Below are positions 1 through 10,512 of a DNA stretch of 64,000 nucleotides, one piece after another (the first letter of the stretch is position 1; each line of letters starts with the position of its first letter). The position numbers and the translations under genes were made by a program. The notes below the pieces were generated by a model that did no database searches, was not told the origin of the DNA, and saw nothing but the letters and a program-made list of their open reading frames with translations. This DNA comes from a virus, in IMG/VR virus record IMGVR_UViG_3300032331_002826, positions 10,204-74,203 of that record. One strand, written 5' to 3'.

Positions 1-589
1 CCACAGGAGCAACAGCAGTAGGATCTGCTGGAGCAACAGGTGCGGCTGGAGCGATAGTAGGATCACATGGTACAGCAGCGGTTGGATCTGCTGGAACGGC
101 AGGTGCTACAGGAGCAACTGCGGTTGGATCTGCTGGAACGGCAGGTGCTACAGGAGCAACTGCGGTTGGATCTGCGGGAGCAACTTCACCCTCTTCATCG
201 AGTCCACCTTCCTTCTCCAACTCAGCAATAATTTCTGCCAAATCAGCATCGGTGATTTCCTCTACTCCCTCTTCTTCCATCGAACCAGCGACGTGACCAG
301 CAGAGTGGCCTGGATCTTCGGTCTGATGACCTTCTTCTTCAAGATGACCATCAAAATGTTGTGAACCCTTTTCCGTCTTTGGTTCTTGAACTGGCTTCTT
401 GTTGTCACCATGACCGATTGCGGATGGAACAACGTTTTCTTCTTCAGCGACTTCATTCTTGAGTCGTTCTGCAAACATAGCTTGAATGCGTTCACCGAAA
501 GCTTCTTCAAGTGCTACTTTTGCGTTAGCAAGAGCAGTAGCACGAACAGCTTTAGCGTCCGCAAGCGCTTCTTTCAATAGATCTGACAT
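1..589 (-). CDS. Prohead scaffold/core protein (gp22-like), truncated by the window edge
   Basis: ATG at 589 gives MSDLLKEALADAKAVRATALANAKVALEEAF..., an acidic coiled-coil with Ala/Pro repeats. It lies in the head module and is missing from the ORF track because it runs off the window. Confidence 0.65.
   Translation of the reverse strand, partial: MSDLLKEALADAKAVRATALANAKVALEEAFGERIQAMFAERLKNEVAEEENVVPSAIGHGDNKKPVQEPKTEKGSQHFDGHLEEEGHQTEDPGHSAGHVAGSMEEEGVEEITDADLAEIIAELEKEGGLDEEGEVAPADPTAVAPVAPAVPADPTAVAPVAPAVPADPTAAVPCDPTIAPAAPVAPADPTAVAPV
78..175. repeat. 42-bp in-frame tandem repeat encoding (VAPVAPAVPADPTA)n
   Basis: Unit gcggttggatctgctggaacggcaggtgctacaggagcaact starts at 78, 120 and, partially, 162. 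Confidence 0.9.
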
Positions 590-742
590 AATTGTGATTT
601 CCTTTAGTTCTGAAGTTATTGGGGAGGAACTTCAATGAGAATTGGTATTCGTCTGGCAACAAAGAGGTTGTTGCATTTTGAAATAAATATATACAAAAAT
701 TCGAAACGAATAAAAATGTTGAGATTTGTATGTATTAGTGTC

Positions 743-750
743 TATTTATA
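743..750 (+). promoter_or_regulatory. Putative late promoter motif TATTTATA
   Basis: Lies 13 nt upstream of ATG 764; the same motif recurs upstream of many structural genes. Confidence 0.6.
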
Positions 751-763
751 CATTACGAGTATT

Positions 764-1480
764 ATGCCATCAAAAACACCAGCACAACAACGTCTGATGG
801 GACTTGCCCTATCCATTAAAAGGGGCAAAAAAAGCATTTCTAGTCTTCCAAAAGGACTACAATCAAAAGTGCGTCCTCTTCTACACATGACGGATGACCA
901 ACTATCTGATTTTGCTAAAACCAGATTCAAAGAAATAGTTGCTGACATTGTAAATGAAATCTTGAATGAAAACGATGATAGCAATATTTCGGATAGCAAA
1001 GACATTGAAGTTGCAAACTTTGAAAACTATTTGAAACTGCCAGAAAACATTGGTATCTCATTTACTCAGAAAGAAAAAGATGCAACACTAATTCCAAATC
1101 TCCCCGCTCCTTTTGCTAAAAGCATATTTGAAATACGTTACAAGAGCGTCGAAGGGGTGATGTCAGATGGATCAGAAGTAAAAACCAATAAAACTACGGT
1201 CATTAAAAAGATTCGTGTTGGTGAAACAATGATGTACAAATCGTTTACATTGTTAGAGCCAGCAGAGGAACCAAAAAAGGACGGATCAGGAGATGAGTTA
1301 AAAGAAGCCGATGTTCCTCCTACAGGTCAACAACCAAAACCGACTGCTCCTCAACCAACACCCGAACAAAAGAAACAAAAAGTGATAGAAAAAACATCAC
1401 AGAGTTTCACTACCACACAGGGAGATGTTGAACTTTTTATCAACTTCCTAAAAGACGTAAACGAAGATATAAGATTGTAA
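764..1480 (+). CDS. Hypothetical protein (DUF3008-like N-terminus MPSKTPAQQRLMGLALS)
   Basis: ORF 635..1480; the start is moved to 764, just after the TATTTATA motif. Confidence 0.6.
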   Translation: MPSKTPAQQRLMGLALSIKRGKKSISSLPKGLQSKVRPLLHMTDDQLSDFAKTRFKEIVADIVNEILNENDDSNISDSKDIEVANFENYLKLPENIGISFTQKEKDATLIPNLPAPFAKSIFEIRYKSVEGVMSDGSEVKTNKTTVIKKIRVGETMMYKSFTLLEPAEEPKKDGSGDELKEADVPPTGQQPKPTAPQPTPEQKKQKVIEKTSQSFTTTQGDVELFINFLKDVNEDIRL

Positions 1481-1483
1481 CAT

Positions 1484-2416
1484 ATGGATACCGCAACACA
1501 TATTATTAATCTCCACAACCCAAATAAGGAAGGAAAACATCCACATCTTATTCAAAAAGGTGGTGGTAGAACAACAACTCATACAAACAAAACGTTTGAG
1601 GAAAAACAACCACATCCAACATTGGTTGCACTAAAAGACTGGAAAATCAATGACATTGAGTTGTTTGCAAGCATGGGTTTCTCGGCCGAGAAACATGGTG
1701 AAGATGGATATTATATGGAAGAAGATATTCTTCCTATTGGAGACGGAGAACCACAAAACTTTGTTCGTCGTATTTCAAGAACCAAAGACCATAAATGGAT
1801 ACTAGAAAAGAAATCAAGAGAAAACGTTCAAGATGATTTCAAGTTAGAAAAAACATTTAACCAATTGATGGGTACAGAAAGTAATCCCGGCCTCTTGGAT
1901 TATTTTGATACTTTAACCGATAAATTGACTGAAAGACTATATTTATACAAGCATATGAAACTCAAAACCATTCTCGAAAACCTACCACCAGCAGCGCCAC
2001 TGTCTCCATTGAAACAAGACGTGACACAAGTAAGCAAACACGGTCAAGCAGAAGAAGCTGTAATCAATCGTGGATTGTCAAAAGAACAAAAGAAAATGCT
2101 CCAAGAATTGGTAATGGAATATAACCGTTACAACGAAGTATTGGAAGCACGTAAAAAACTTATGGAAGTTGCCACAAAAATGGCCAATATCGGAGATCTT
2201 GCCGAAGCATATCTGACCGAAAAACTTCACGAAGGTAACAACGACGAAAACGCATGGTTTGAAGAAAAGACCATTCGTAGAAACACCTCAGAAATCAAGA
2301 AATTTGCAGCAGAGTTCAAGAAGTCAGCAACAGACTGTGACCAACAAATGAAGGGTATGCAAACCATGTACAAAGAATGTGGTATGTTGCTAGAACGTTA
2401 TTTCAATATGGAGTAA
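1484..2416 (+). CDS. Hypothetical protein, with a probable internal start at 1955
   Basis: 310-aa ORF; internal TATTTATA (1940-1947) precedes an in-frame ATG at 1955. Confidence 0.65.
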   Translation: MDTATHIINLHNPNKEGKHPHLIQKGGGRTTTHTNKTFEEKQPHPTLVALKDWKINDIELFASMGFSAEKHGEDGYYMEEDILPIGDGEPQNFVRRISRTKDHKWILEKKSRENVQDDFKLEKTFNQLMGTESNPGLLDYFDTLTDKLTERLYLYKHMKLKTILENLPPAAPLSPLKQDVTQVSKHGQAEEAVINRGLSKEQKKMLQELVMEYNRYNEVLEARKKLMEVATKMANIGDLAEAYLTEKLHEGNNDENAWFEEKTIRRNTSEIKKFAAEFKKSATDCDQQMKGMQTMYKECGMLLERYFNME

Positions 2417-2430
2417 GTTGAGTTTCATAT

Positions 2431-2468
2431 AAAAAGAAAACCCACCGATTTGTTTCGGTGGGTTTTTT
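2431..2468. terminator. Bidirectional intrinsic terminator
   Basis: AAAACCCACCGA-tttgtt-TCGGTGGGTTTT with A- and T-tracts, between convergent genes. Confidence 0.85.
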
Positions 2469-2506
2469 CGTGCGTGGATGTCGTTGTTCAACGACTCATG
2501 TTATTA

Positions 2507-5500
2507 TTACTTGTAGAACTCTCTATAGATCTCAGGTGAAATGAACTCTTCCTTAAGATTCTTGAAAGCAGGAGACTGATCAAACGTCTTGTCAGAGTAA
2601 CTCAACTTCAATACATCATCGGTATCATCACGGCCCGATTTAGCAAGAGAATTAAGCTTGTCAATATAATTCTTACCTTTTTCAGGATCAATTGCCTGTG
2701 ATCCATTCTTAGATACGTAATTCCATTCTCCATTGTAATATTGATACATAGAGTTTGGTGTCAACGGTTTTTCTTCTGCCTTTGCTCTAATAATAGTCTT
2801 TTCTTTTGGTTTGAATGAATCAGAAGTCTTCTCAGCTTCTTTGCCAGCATCAGCAGTCTTTGCTGCATCCGTACCACCGAGAATATCGATTCCTTGGAAT
2901 GCACTGTCAATTGTCTTATCGACCTTGCCTAGACCCTTCTTGCCGCTTGTACCAACGATCATGTCGTTTATATCCAATACCACTGAGATGATGGGTTTCA
3001 ACGATGCCTTGGTTGCTTTTATAGGATCAAATGATTTGAGCAAAGTAGAAAGATCGATCAATCGTGACAAGAACAATTTTACTTGTTTGATATCACTTGC
3101 ATCAATCTCAGTGCCAGTCGAAGACGCAGCAACAGCGGATTCATCTTCTTTAACAACATTAGGATTCTTCTTATTCACCATTTGACGAAGTTCAAATGTC
3201 AATCCGATGATGTTTGGAAGAAGAGTGTTAACCTCTTTTGTAAATGCAACTATGTCAGCACTCGTCATAGTTTCAGCCAACATTGATTTTCTGAGAGCGT
3301 TAACATTACCGCCGAGTTTCTTCATCACTTCAGCTTTGTACTTTGGATTTTCCAAAGCATTCTTGATTGCGATCACCAATGATTTTACATACTTTGCATT
3401 CTTAGGATCATTTTGATCTCCCTTCAAAAGTTTTTGAATTCTCGATTGTAGACCACCCGAAAGTAAAGGACTACCTTTCAATGCCGTCAAATATGTAGTA
3501 AATCCGTTAGATACACCAGCAGGAGTTGTACCATCACCGGGAGTTGTTCCGCCCGGAGTTGTTCCACCACCACCTCCGCCTCCGCCTGGGGTTGTTCCGC
3601 CTGGGGTTGTTCCACCACCACCTCCGCCTCCGCCTGGGGTTGTTCCGCCTGGGGTTGTTCCACCACCACCTCCGCCTCCGCCTCCGCCTGGGGTTGTTCC
3701 GCCTGGGGTTGTTCCACCACCACCTCCGCCTGGGGTTGTTCCGCCTGGGGTTGTTCCACCGCCGCCGTCTGGTGTTGCTGGTGTAGGTGGAGTGGATGCT
3801 TCTTTATCATCTACAACGACATCTTTTGGAAACTCCAATTTATACTTTGGAAACTCTCCAAGAATACTATCAATAATTTCAACAGCAGATTTTGCCTTTG
3901 GTTCTTTTCTTAATCCGTCTAACAATTCAGTTGTAGTTTTACCTTTTATTTTAAAGGTCTTTGCAACATCCTTGATGTATCCACGGATTTCTTTATCAAT
4001 ATTCTTCTTTAAATTTGCAACTGCGTCTTGTTGATTTCCAGATAACTTGTCTGGATTCACAGGAGGGTTGCCTGGAAGAACAGGAGGAACTGCGCCTGGA
4101 GCAGCTGCTTCAGCTTCAGACATTACTGATTTAACAATATCAGAAAGTTTAAATGATTCTTTGATAACTGGGGGTTTTCCGGATGCACCAACTGATGCAC
4201 CTGCACCAATTGCACCACCAGCTGCACCTGCAACACCACTTGCAGCACCCTGTGTTACTCCCAAGTAAATATCATTAAATGCTTTTGTTGCGGCTTGTGC
4301 ATCATTATTTGCTGCCATAACAGCGTCATAATTTTTAAATGCATTTACAAGCTTGGTATTGTTAGGGTCGTTTGCAATTTGACTAATTACCTTTTTGATT
4401 TCAGATAATTGTTGTGGAATTTTATTTATAATTGTTTCTGCACCAGCTTGATCCCCTGATCTAAACACATTCCAAGCATCGTCACTCAACTTATTAATAT
4501 TATCCGACATGGATTTAATATAAGCAGCATTCTCTGGAGTTGTTACTATATCCATATCAATACTTTGACCGGATGAAAAACTTTTACCGCTGAATCCCTG
4601 AAATATGGTTCCTTTATTTGTAACGCCTCCAACCATATGTTGTTGATAGTTGGTATACAACTTCAACTTTTCATGTACCCATCCTTTGCCAGTTGCATCA
4701 GTAACTTTATTAATGACATCTGGTTGAAGTATTGCTGGTTGTGGCACTTTGATCATATTATCAAAGATTGGACCAACCACGGTACTGATAAGTTTTCCTG
4801 TAATCCAACCAACAGCTGCTGCTTTCAACGCACCACCAACTGCTGTTGATGCACTTTCACCTTTCAACAATCCCAAACCGGTTCTCAAGAAGAATGCAAC
4901 TGCACTAGTAAGAATTGGCAATTGAGTTGCAGTAAGAATACCAAGTCCCAATGTACCCGCACTCAAACCGATAGTAGTCGTCATCAATGCAATAATAACA
5001 CCAGATTTGCCTGGATTCTTTTTTGCATATTCTGCCAATGCATCAACTGATTGTAAAATCTTTGAAGTTTCTTTACCCTCTTTGTCTGTTTTTGACAACT
5101 TATTACGTAAAGATTGTTTCTTTTCTTCAAACAAACGATCAAAGTCTTGAACAGGTTGTGTATTTTGAATTTTCTTCCATTGAGCATCAAACACTTCATT
5201 GAGTTTGTTGGTCAATTGTTGTACACCATTTGCACCAGCAAATGCGGTTCCGATAAGTGCAGCACCTGGCAAACCTACTCCAGCTAATGCCAAACTACTA
5301 CCACCTTTCAAAACTTGTCCACCTTTTTGAGCAATACCTTTCAACCATCCACTTTTCTGTACAGGAACCAAACCAATTTTATCTGGTATAGTATTGTCAA
5401 ATGTTTTTAGTTGACCGAGATAATCACCCAAACTTCTTGTGAAATTCTTATTTCTGGCGTTAATATATGCTACACTACCATCTTTATCTACATTAATATC

Positions 5501-5830
5501 TAACTTGTTTTGTGCCCAATTACCAAGTTTACCGCCTAATCCTGCTCCGGTAGCAAGTTTTCCAACAAGAGTTGTTGCCTTTGAACCAAGACCCGCTACT
5601 CTCGCAGCAAACTGATCACCAAACTTCTCTTGAAGAATCTTCTCACTAATTTCGACACACTCTAATGCAAGAATCAATTCTTTCTGGACATTCAGTCCGT
5701 CACGATAATATTCAAAAAATTCTTGAGTACGATCACCCAGCAAAGAACTATATTGTTCGTTGAATGCAACTTCTTCGTTGAGAAGTTGTTTAAAATACAA
5801 ATTTTCGATGATAAGTGTTGTATCAGTCAT
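2507..5830 (-). CDS. Large hypothetical virion-associated protein (1107 aa) with hydrophobic segments and a Gly/Thr/Pro linker
   Basis: Long ORF in the head module; no recognisable catalytic motif. Confidence 0.6.
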   Translation of the reverse strand: MTDTTLIIENLYFKQLLNEEVAFNEQYSSLLGDRTQEFFEYYRDGLNVQKELILALECVEISEKILQEKFGDQFAARVAGLGSKATTLVGKLATGAGLGGKLGNWAQNKLDINVDKDGSVAYINARNKNFTRSLGDYLGQLKTFDNTIPDKIGLVPVQKSGWLKGIAQKGGQVLKGGSSLALAGVGLPGAALIGTAFAGANGVQQLTNKLNEVFDAQWKKIQNTQPVQDFDRLFEEKKQSLRNKLSKTDKEGKETSKILQSVDALAEYAKKNPGKSGVIIALMTTTIGLSAGTLGLGILTATQLPILTSAVAFFLRTGLGLLKGESASTAVGGALKAAAVGWITGKLISTVVGPIFDNMIKVPQPAILQPDVINKVTDATGKGWVHEKLKLYTNYQQHMVGGVTNKGTIFQGFSGKSFSSGQSIDMDIVTTPENAAYIKSMSDNINKLSDDAWNVFRSGDQAGAETIINKIPQQLSEIKKVISQIANDPNNTKLVNAFKNYDAVMAANNDAQAATKAFNDIYLGVTQGAASGVAGAAGGAIGAGASVGASGKPPVIKESFKLSDIVKSVMSEAEAAAPGAVPPVLPGNPPVNPDKLSGNQQDAVANLKKNIDKEIRGYIKDVAKTFKIKGKTTTELLDGLRKEPKAKSAVEIIDSILGEFPKYKLEFPKDVVVDDKEASTPPTPATPDGGGGTTPGGTTPGGGGGGTTPGGTTPGGGGGGGGGGTTPGGTTPGGGGGGGGTTPGGTTPGGGGGGGGTTPGGTTPGDGTTPAGVSNGFTTYLTALKGSPLLSGGLQSRIQKLLKGDQNDPKNAKYVKSLVIAIKNALENPKYKAEVMKKLGGNVNALRKSMLAETMTSADIVAFTKEVNTLLPNIIGLTFELRQMVNKKNPNVVKEDESAVAASSTGTEIDASDIKQVKLFLSRLIDLSTLLKSFDPIKATKASLKPIISVVLDINDMIVGTSGKKGLGKVDKTIDSAFQGIDILGGTDAAKTADAGKEAEKTSDSFKPKEKTIIRAKAEEKPLTPNSMYQYYNGEWNYVSKNGSQAIDPEKGKNYIDKLNSLAKSGRDDTDDVLKLSYSDKTFDQSPAFKNLKEEFISPEIYREFYK
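3535..3770. repeat. Tandem repeat encoding (G)n-TTPGGTTP
   Basis: Five units of GGGG(G)nTTPGGTTP with variable Gly-tract length. Confidence 0.9.
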
Positions 5831-5834
5831 AAAA

Positions 5835-6467
5835 TTACTTAATTTCAGATATAATGTCTCGAATCAAACTCTCTACCTTTTCATATCTGTTTGCAATCTG
5901 ACGTTCTACAGATTCTTTTAGTTGTTCCGCTGGAAACAAAAAAGCACCTCTAGTCGAAGGATTGCTTACAAAATCAAACGCGATTAGTTCAAAATCGTCT
6001 TGAACTTCATCTGCGTTTTCTCTTACGTTCTTGCGAACACTTCCGAGTCCACGGCTACTAATACCGAGTTTAATTCCTGCCTTAAAAAGTTGTTTGAGAA
6101 TGTTACCATTTGGAGTTGGAAGAAGTTCTACCTTGCCAACCAAATCATCACCATTCCACATCATTTCCACCACGTTGTGACTTACGTTTTGTAGATTTAC
6201 TACACTGCTATCTGGATGATCCAACTCACCCAACGCACGACGTTCTTTCACAAAGTTTTGATCGTATTTTTGAACTTCACGTTGCAAAATATCTTTTGGG
6301 TAAACACGACCGTTTTGATTTTTTACGTTAGCTCTTTGCAAAACACCTTGAACGATCACCGTAGAATCGGGATCATCAAATGATTCATTCAAATTGCCTT
6401 TAGCTGGTTCAAACCAGATGCAATTTACCAACAAATCATTGGTTGTTTTAGAAATTATGTTTTCCAT
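5835..6467 (-). CDS. Prohead core protease (T4 gp21-like)
   Basis: Motifs NQNGRVYP, ALGELDHP, VSH, GISSRGLGS, DFVSNPS. Confidence 0.95.
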   Translation of the reverse strand: MENIISKTTNDLLVNCIWFEPAKGNLNESFDDPDSTVIVQGVLQRANVKNQNGRVYPKDILQREVQKYDQNFVKERRALGELDHPDSSVVNLQNVSHNVVEMMWNGDDLVGKVELLPTPNGNILKQLFKAGIKLGISSRGLGSVRKNVRENADEVQDDFELIAFDFVSNPSTRGAFLFPAEQLKESVERQIANRYEKVESLIRDIISEIK

Positions 6468-6468
6468 A

Positions 6469-7023
6469 TTATTTTGGGTTTTGTTGTGTAGGCACTACAG
6501 GAGGTTGTTTTGGAGCAGCAGGAACTCCTGGAGGAGTGCCTGGCGGCTTAACAGAGGGTTCAGTTGATACCTTAGGTTTCTTTTCCCTCTTTGGTTTTAA
6601 CGGTTCTCCTTGACCAAGAATTGTAATCTTGAAACCAGTTTTCAGAAAATACTCCTTGTCATGTTCGTCGCGAAAAATGACAACATAACGGTCATAGAAA
6701 TAATCCAAACTTGTGCCTGTAACAGAAATAACATAGTCTCGAATTGGTTGACCGTATCCTTTTGATGCCTGAATGGATACTTTCTTTCCCAGAACTCGAG
6801 CGTTCAAATTACGAAGAAATGCTGCTTTTGATTGTTCGGTAGCATTAGCAATTTTGCTTTCAAAATCCGAAAAATCAGCACTAACATTATAGTCAATAGC
6901 ACCAGAGGGCATAGGTTGTCCGCCAGCAGTAGATGGTGCTGGGGCAACGACTGGTTCTTGTTCCATGATCAATTTGACTAGAGAAATCATATTATCGGTG
7001 AAATGTTTTGAGTCTTGATTCAA
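6469..7023 (-). CDS. Hypothetical protein with Pro-rich termini
   Basis: ORF packed between head genes; the true start may be 6991. Confidence 0.6.
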   Translation of the reverse strand: MNQDSKHFTDNMISLVKLIMEQEPVVAPAPSTAGGQPMPSGAIDYNVSADFSDFESKIANATEQSKAAFLRNLNARVLGKKVSIQASKGYGQPIRDYVISVTGTSLDYFYDRYVVIFRDEHDKEYFLKTGFKITILGQGEPLKPKREKKPKVSTEPSVKPPGTPPGVPAAPKQPPVVPTQQNPK

Positions 7024-7672
7024 GCGACTTTAGACGACTACGAATTTCAGCAATACGTACCTCAGTACGCTTCCACAAATCGTCCTTTGGAATATTTAGT
7101 TCAGTCTTAAGTTTTTCGTTGACAGTCATCAAAAAATCCACTTCTCTCAACATTTTGGTGATTTCTTGTACCACCATAGAAATCTTGGATCTGTCCTTCA
7201 TCGGATGAGTCTTGAAACGATTATAACGAGAAACTGCTTCGTCCAACTTTTCAAGGTCATCAAGATGTTTTTTGATTTTCTTTACCGCATCCTTCTTTCC
7301 AGTCTTTTTTGACACATCCAAACGTCGTCTCAACAAATACTCATCTGAATCTGTTGCTGGTATTCCATCATTGTCAACATCGTCATCTTCTTTACCCACT
7401 GGATCCAACTTTGACTTCTTTCCGACCTTCTTTCCGACTTTCTTTTCGTCGATTTCTTTAGCAACAGTAAAACCCATACTCGTCATTGCGTCGGTTGCTT
7501 TCTTTCCATGAGACTGACCTTTCTCTGAAAATGCTGCTGGTCCAGTTACAGCACCAATTGCGCTCGTGCCGGTCATTTCTTCCAATTCTTTACGAATGAT
7601 CGACTTGATAAGTTCTTTCAATTTATCTTCGCCGGTGATCAATTTTGCGGTTTTATGTTTTTGTTCACTCAT
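6992..7672 (-). CDS. Hypothetical head-module protein
   Basis: 226-aa ORF with an acidic DDDVDNDG loop and a coiled-coil C-terminus. Confidence 0.65.
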   Translation of the reverse strand: MSEQKHKTAKLITGEDKLKELIKSIIRKELEEMTGTSAIGAVTGPAAFSEKGQSHGKKATDAMTSMGFTVAKEIDEKKVGKKVGKKSKLDPVGKEDDDVDNDGIPATDSDEYLLRRRLDVSKKTGKKDAVKKIKKHLDDLEKLDEAVSRYNRFKTHPMKDRSKISMVVQEITKMLREVDFLMTVNEKLKTELNIPKDDLWKRTEVRIAEIRSRLKSLESRLKTFHR

Positions 7673-7673
7673 A

Positions 7674-8537
7674 TTACTTCAAATTGCTTAGTTCTTTGAT
7701 AAGTTCGTAAGACAACATCAGTGTCATAACATGACTGTCTTTAACAACTGTGGACGGTTTGATACGACTCAAAACCTTGGAAATTTCATTGAGTTTAATC
7801 TTGACAACATCGTTGTCATTGATATTTGACGCAAATACAGACAGTTGTGACTTAATCTTCTCAACCTCTTCACAAACAAATTTTGAAAGAGCATTGGTAT
7901 TTGAAACGTTGAGAATATACTCTCTCAAAAGTTTCTTTTGATTTTCGTCGAAATCTTTATACTTGTTATTGATACCTTCCAACAAAATCTTGTATGCGAT
8001 TAATCTAATATCTTCGCTTTGTTGTTTATAGTATTCAACCAACTTTTCCTCAGCGTCACTCTTGCGAGAAAGTTTGTTTACCAAAGAATCGGTAACGGAT
8101 TCTCTTGCTTTAACAATATCATTGACATCGGTTCTGGCAGACGAACGATTTTCAAGTATCTTGTATACAGATGCCAACACTCTATAGTTTTTGATATTAC
8201 CCTTCAAGAAACTTTCAATTGGATACACACCTTTGATCTCTTTAATTAGATCATATTTTTGTTGAGCCAACTTTCTATCATCCAATTTTGCGCGAGATTC
8301 CAACACCACATTTACGATCCTATCGGCGTGTGTCACGTCCCTTGCCTTTTCGTTCAACAGAAAATTGTAAAGTTGATACTCCCTGCCCAGTTCAGTATTT
8401 TCTGTAAAATACTTGAAAAGAATTTGTTTTGCAGCTGAATGATCGTTACCAGCAAGAATATCGGCCGTGATCTGTCTGGTAAGCAGCTCAAACAAAATTC
8501 CCGTATTTTTGAACTTTGAATGCTTAGATTTATGCAT
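7674..8537 (-). CDS. Hypothetical head-module protein (KHSKFKNTGILFELL)
   Basis: 287-aa helical ORF downstream of the portal, preceded by TATTTATA at 8554-8561. Confidence 0.7.
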   Translation of the reverse strand: MHKSKHSKFKNTGILFELLTRQITADILAGNDHSAAKQILFKYFTENTELGREYQLYNFLLNEKARDVTHADRIVNVVLESRAKLDDRKLAQQKYDLIKEIKGVYPIESFLKGNIKNYRVLASVYKILENRSSARTDVNDIVKARESVTDSLVNKLSRKSDAEEKLVEYYKQQSEDIRLIAYKILLEGINNKYKDFDENQKKLLREYILNVSNTNALSKFVCEEVEKIKSQLSVFASNINDNDVVKIKLNEISKVLSRIKPSTVVKDSHVMTLMLSYELIKELSNLK

Positions 8538-8591
8538 ACTGTTAGTTATAAGTTATAAATATATCAATGTTTATTGAAACTCCCATATTTG

Positions 8592-10484
8592 TTATTCCAA
8601 TATGTTGGTTTCATCCATAATGGATTTTTGTTGATTTTCAGAGATTAGTTCTTTCTTTTCCTGCTTGACAGTTTTGAGATACGAGTCCAATTTCATTAGA
8701 TCTTTGTCAGGAAGAACAGCTTCAAGACTAAAAGGTGAACCTCCAGCATATGCGTGTGATATAGGATTTGATCTAGATTTACTATTGTTTTCCAAATTAC
8801 CCAAAGGATCTTCTCCAAATGGATAGTTAGATGCTTTTTTCAATCCAACTTGGGACGGTCTTTCATATTCATCTTTCTTTTCCTTCAACGGAGGAGATCC
8901 TGCATCTGAAGGTTCTTTTCCACCACTTGGTTCTGGTTCTGGTTCACCTCCACCACTTTCCCCTGATTTAGCCGTCGATCCATCCTTATTTACCTTTTGG
9001 AATGATTTTGCTGGATCATTACCTTCTTCTTCAATTTGCTTGAATCGATATGCTTGTTTTGCGTCATCAATAATATCGTTCTTTAGTGCATCAGCATCAT
9101 CTTCCGACATGTTAAATACTTCGTGATATACCCACTTTTTACTGAAAAGTTTGTTTTCGATCATGTCTTTTGCGACACTGACCTTATCAGTCCAAATTGC
9201 AACTTTTTCCTTTTCATACACAGTAGATGGATTTGTAAGTTCAAGACTAAACTCCACCAGACTTTCATCTCTATATCCTTGTGAATACAAGTGGACGATA
9301 CCAATCTTAGTCAATTCACTGATGATGATTTGTTGAATACGTTGAATGGTACGAGAAAAACGAACGTCCTCTTGAGCCAATGTAGCTTTACCAGATAGTG
9401 ATTCATCGTATCCCAAGAATGCCTTTGGAATTTTCAATGCACTCATCATCTTGTTTCTTAGATACTCAATGTCATCGGTTCCTGTGAATTCCATTCCACT
9501 CAATGTATCAATAGATGTACCACTATCACCACCACGAACGGGCAAGTAAAAGTCTTCAACCATGTTCTGAAGGTTGAATTTAAGATTGTAATCACCCGTT
9601 CTCTCATCAATGTATGGAACCTTCTTCATCTTACTGATGGCTTTTTCCATGTAACTATCGATTTCATTGGGAGGAATATTACCAACGTCAATTTTAAAGA
9701 TACGCTTTTCAGGCGCTCTCATAATACGATGGATCAACATTGCGTCTTCCATCAATGAAAGTTGTTTCCAAACACGTCTTGCTCCTTCAAACATACTCTT
9801 ACCATATGGCAAGAAGTTGCTGTCGCTCAACAAACGAAAATGTGCAATTTGATAGTTTTCCAAATCTTCCACTTTACCACCGTCTGGCAAATTAACTTGG
9901 AACTTAACATAGTTCTTGTTATATAGATCACTATTTTCAACACGGGTAACGTTATAAGCACTAATTGGTTCCACCATGTAAACACCGTATTCTGGTGAAA
10001 TGTACAATCGAAGATAAAAATCACCGTATTTGCACATGTTACGAGTGTAACTCCAAAGGTTAAACTCGATATTCATGATGTCGTAATACAAATTACGAAG
10101 AATCTGTTTGATATTATCATTCGGACTCTTAATGATCAACATGTCACCCAATTCATTACGGGTCAGACATTCATCCGCATAAATGTCTAGAGCAGAACTT
10201 AGAATTGGATCCATGTCCATAGTATCATAATCTCTAAAGAGTTCGATACGTGCTGCTTGATAACTGAGTGTAAAATCTCTGCTGTATTGATTATATGCAG
10301 ATGTACGAATACGATTGAAACGGTCACGAAGAGTGTTTCTATCAGTCGCGTATGCAACCTCATCGGTATCTACAACCTTTAGCTTTTTACCACCAATGTT
10401 ACGAACAATAACGTCTGTGGAAAATAGACGCTTTAGTCTTGCAAATAATGATCTGCTTTTTAAATCTGTAGGTAGTTCTGCCAT
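8592..10484 (-). CDS. Portal protein (T4 gp20-like)
   Basis: LMEDAMLIHRIMRAPEKRIFKIDVGNIP, EDFYLPVRGG, DDIEYL..K...ALKIP. Confidence 0.95.
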   Translation of the reverse strand: MAELPTDLKSRSLFARLKRLFSTDVIVRNIGGKKLKVVDTDEVAYATDRNTLRDRFNRIRTSAYNQYSRDFTLSYQAARIELFRDYDTMDMDPILSSALDIYADECLTRNELGDMLIIKSPNDNIKQILRNLYYDIMNIEFNLWSYTRNMCKYGDFYLRLYISPEYGVYMVEPISAYNVTRVENSDLYNKNYVKFQVNLPDGGKVEDLENYQIAHFRLLSDSNFLPYGKSMFEGARRVWKQLSLMEDAMLIHRIMRAPEKRIFKIDVGNIPPNEIDSYMEKAISKMKKVPYIDERTGDYNLKFNLQNMVEDFYLPVRGGDSGTSIDTLSGMEFTGTDDIEYLRNKMMSALKIPKAFLGYDESLSGKATLAQEDVRFSRTIQRIQQIIISELTKIGIVHLYSQGYRDESLVEFSLELTNPSTVYEKEKVAIWTDKVSVAKDMIENKLFSKKWVYHEVFNMSEDDADALKNDIIDDAKQAYRFKQIEEEGNDPAKSFQKVNKDGSTAKSGESGGGEPEPEPSGGKEPSDAGSPPLKEKKDEYERPSQVGLKKASNYPFGEDPLGNLENNSKSRSNPISHAYAGGSPFSLEAVLPDKDLMKLDSYLKTVKQEKKELISENQQKSIMDETNILE

Positions 10485-10512
10485 ATTTCGTTAAATAAAT
10501 AGTGTGTCTTCC

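Noticed and set aside
3487-3810. Alternative-frame repeat ORFs (EQPQA; His/Leu/Arg)
   Set aside because: They are by-products of the Gly/Thr/Pro repeat in the 1107-aa gene
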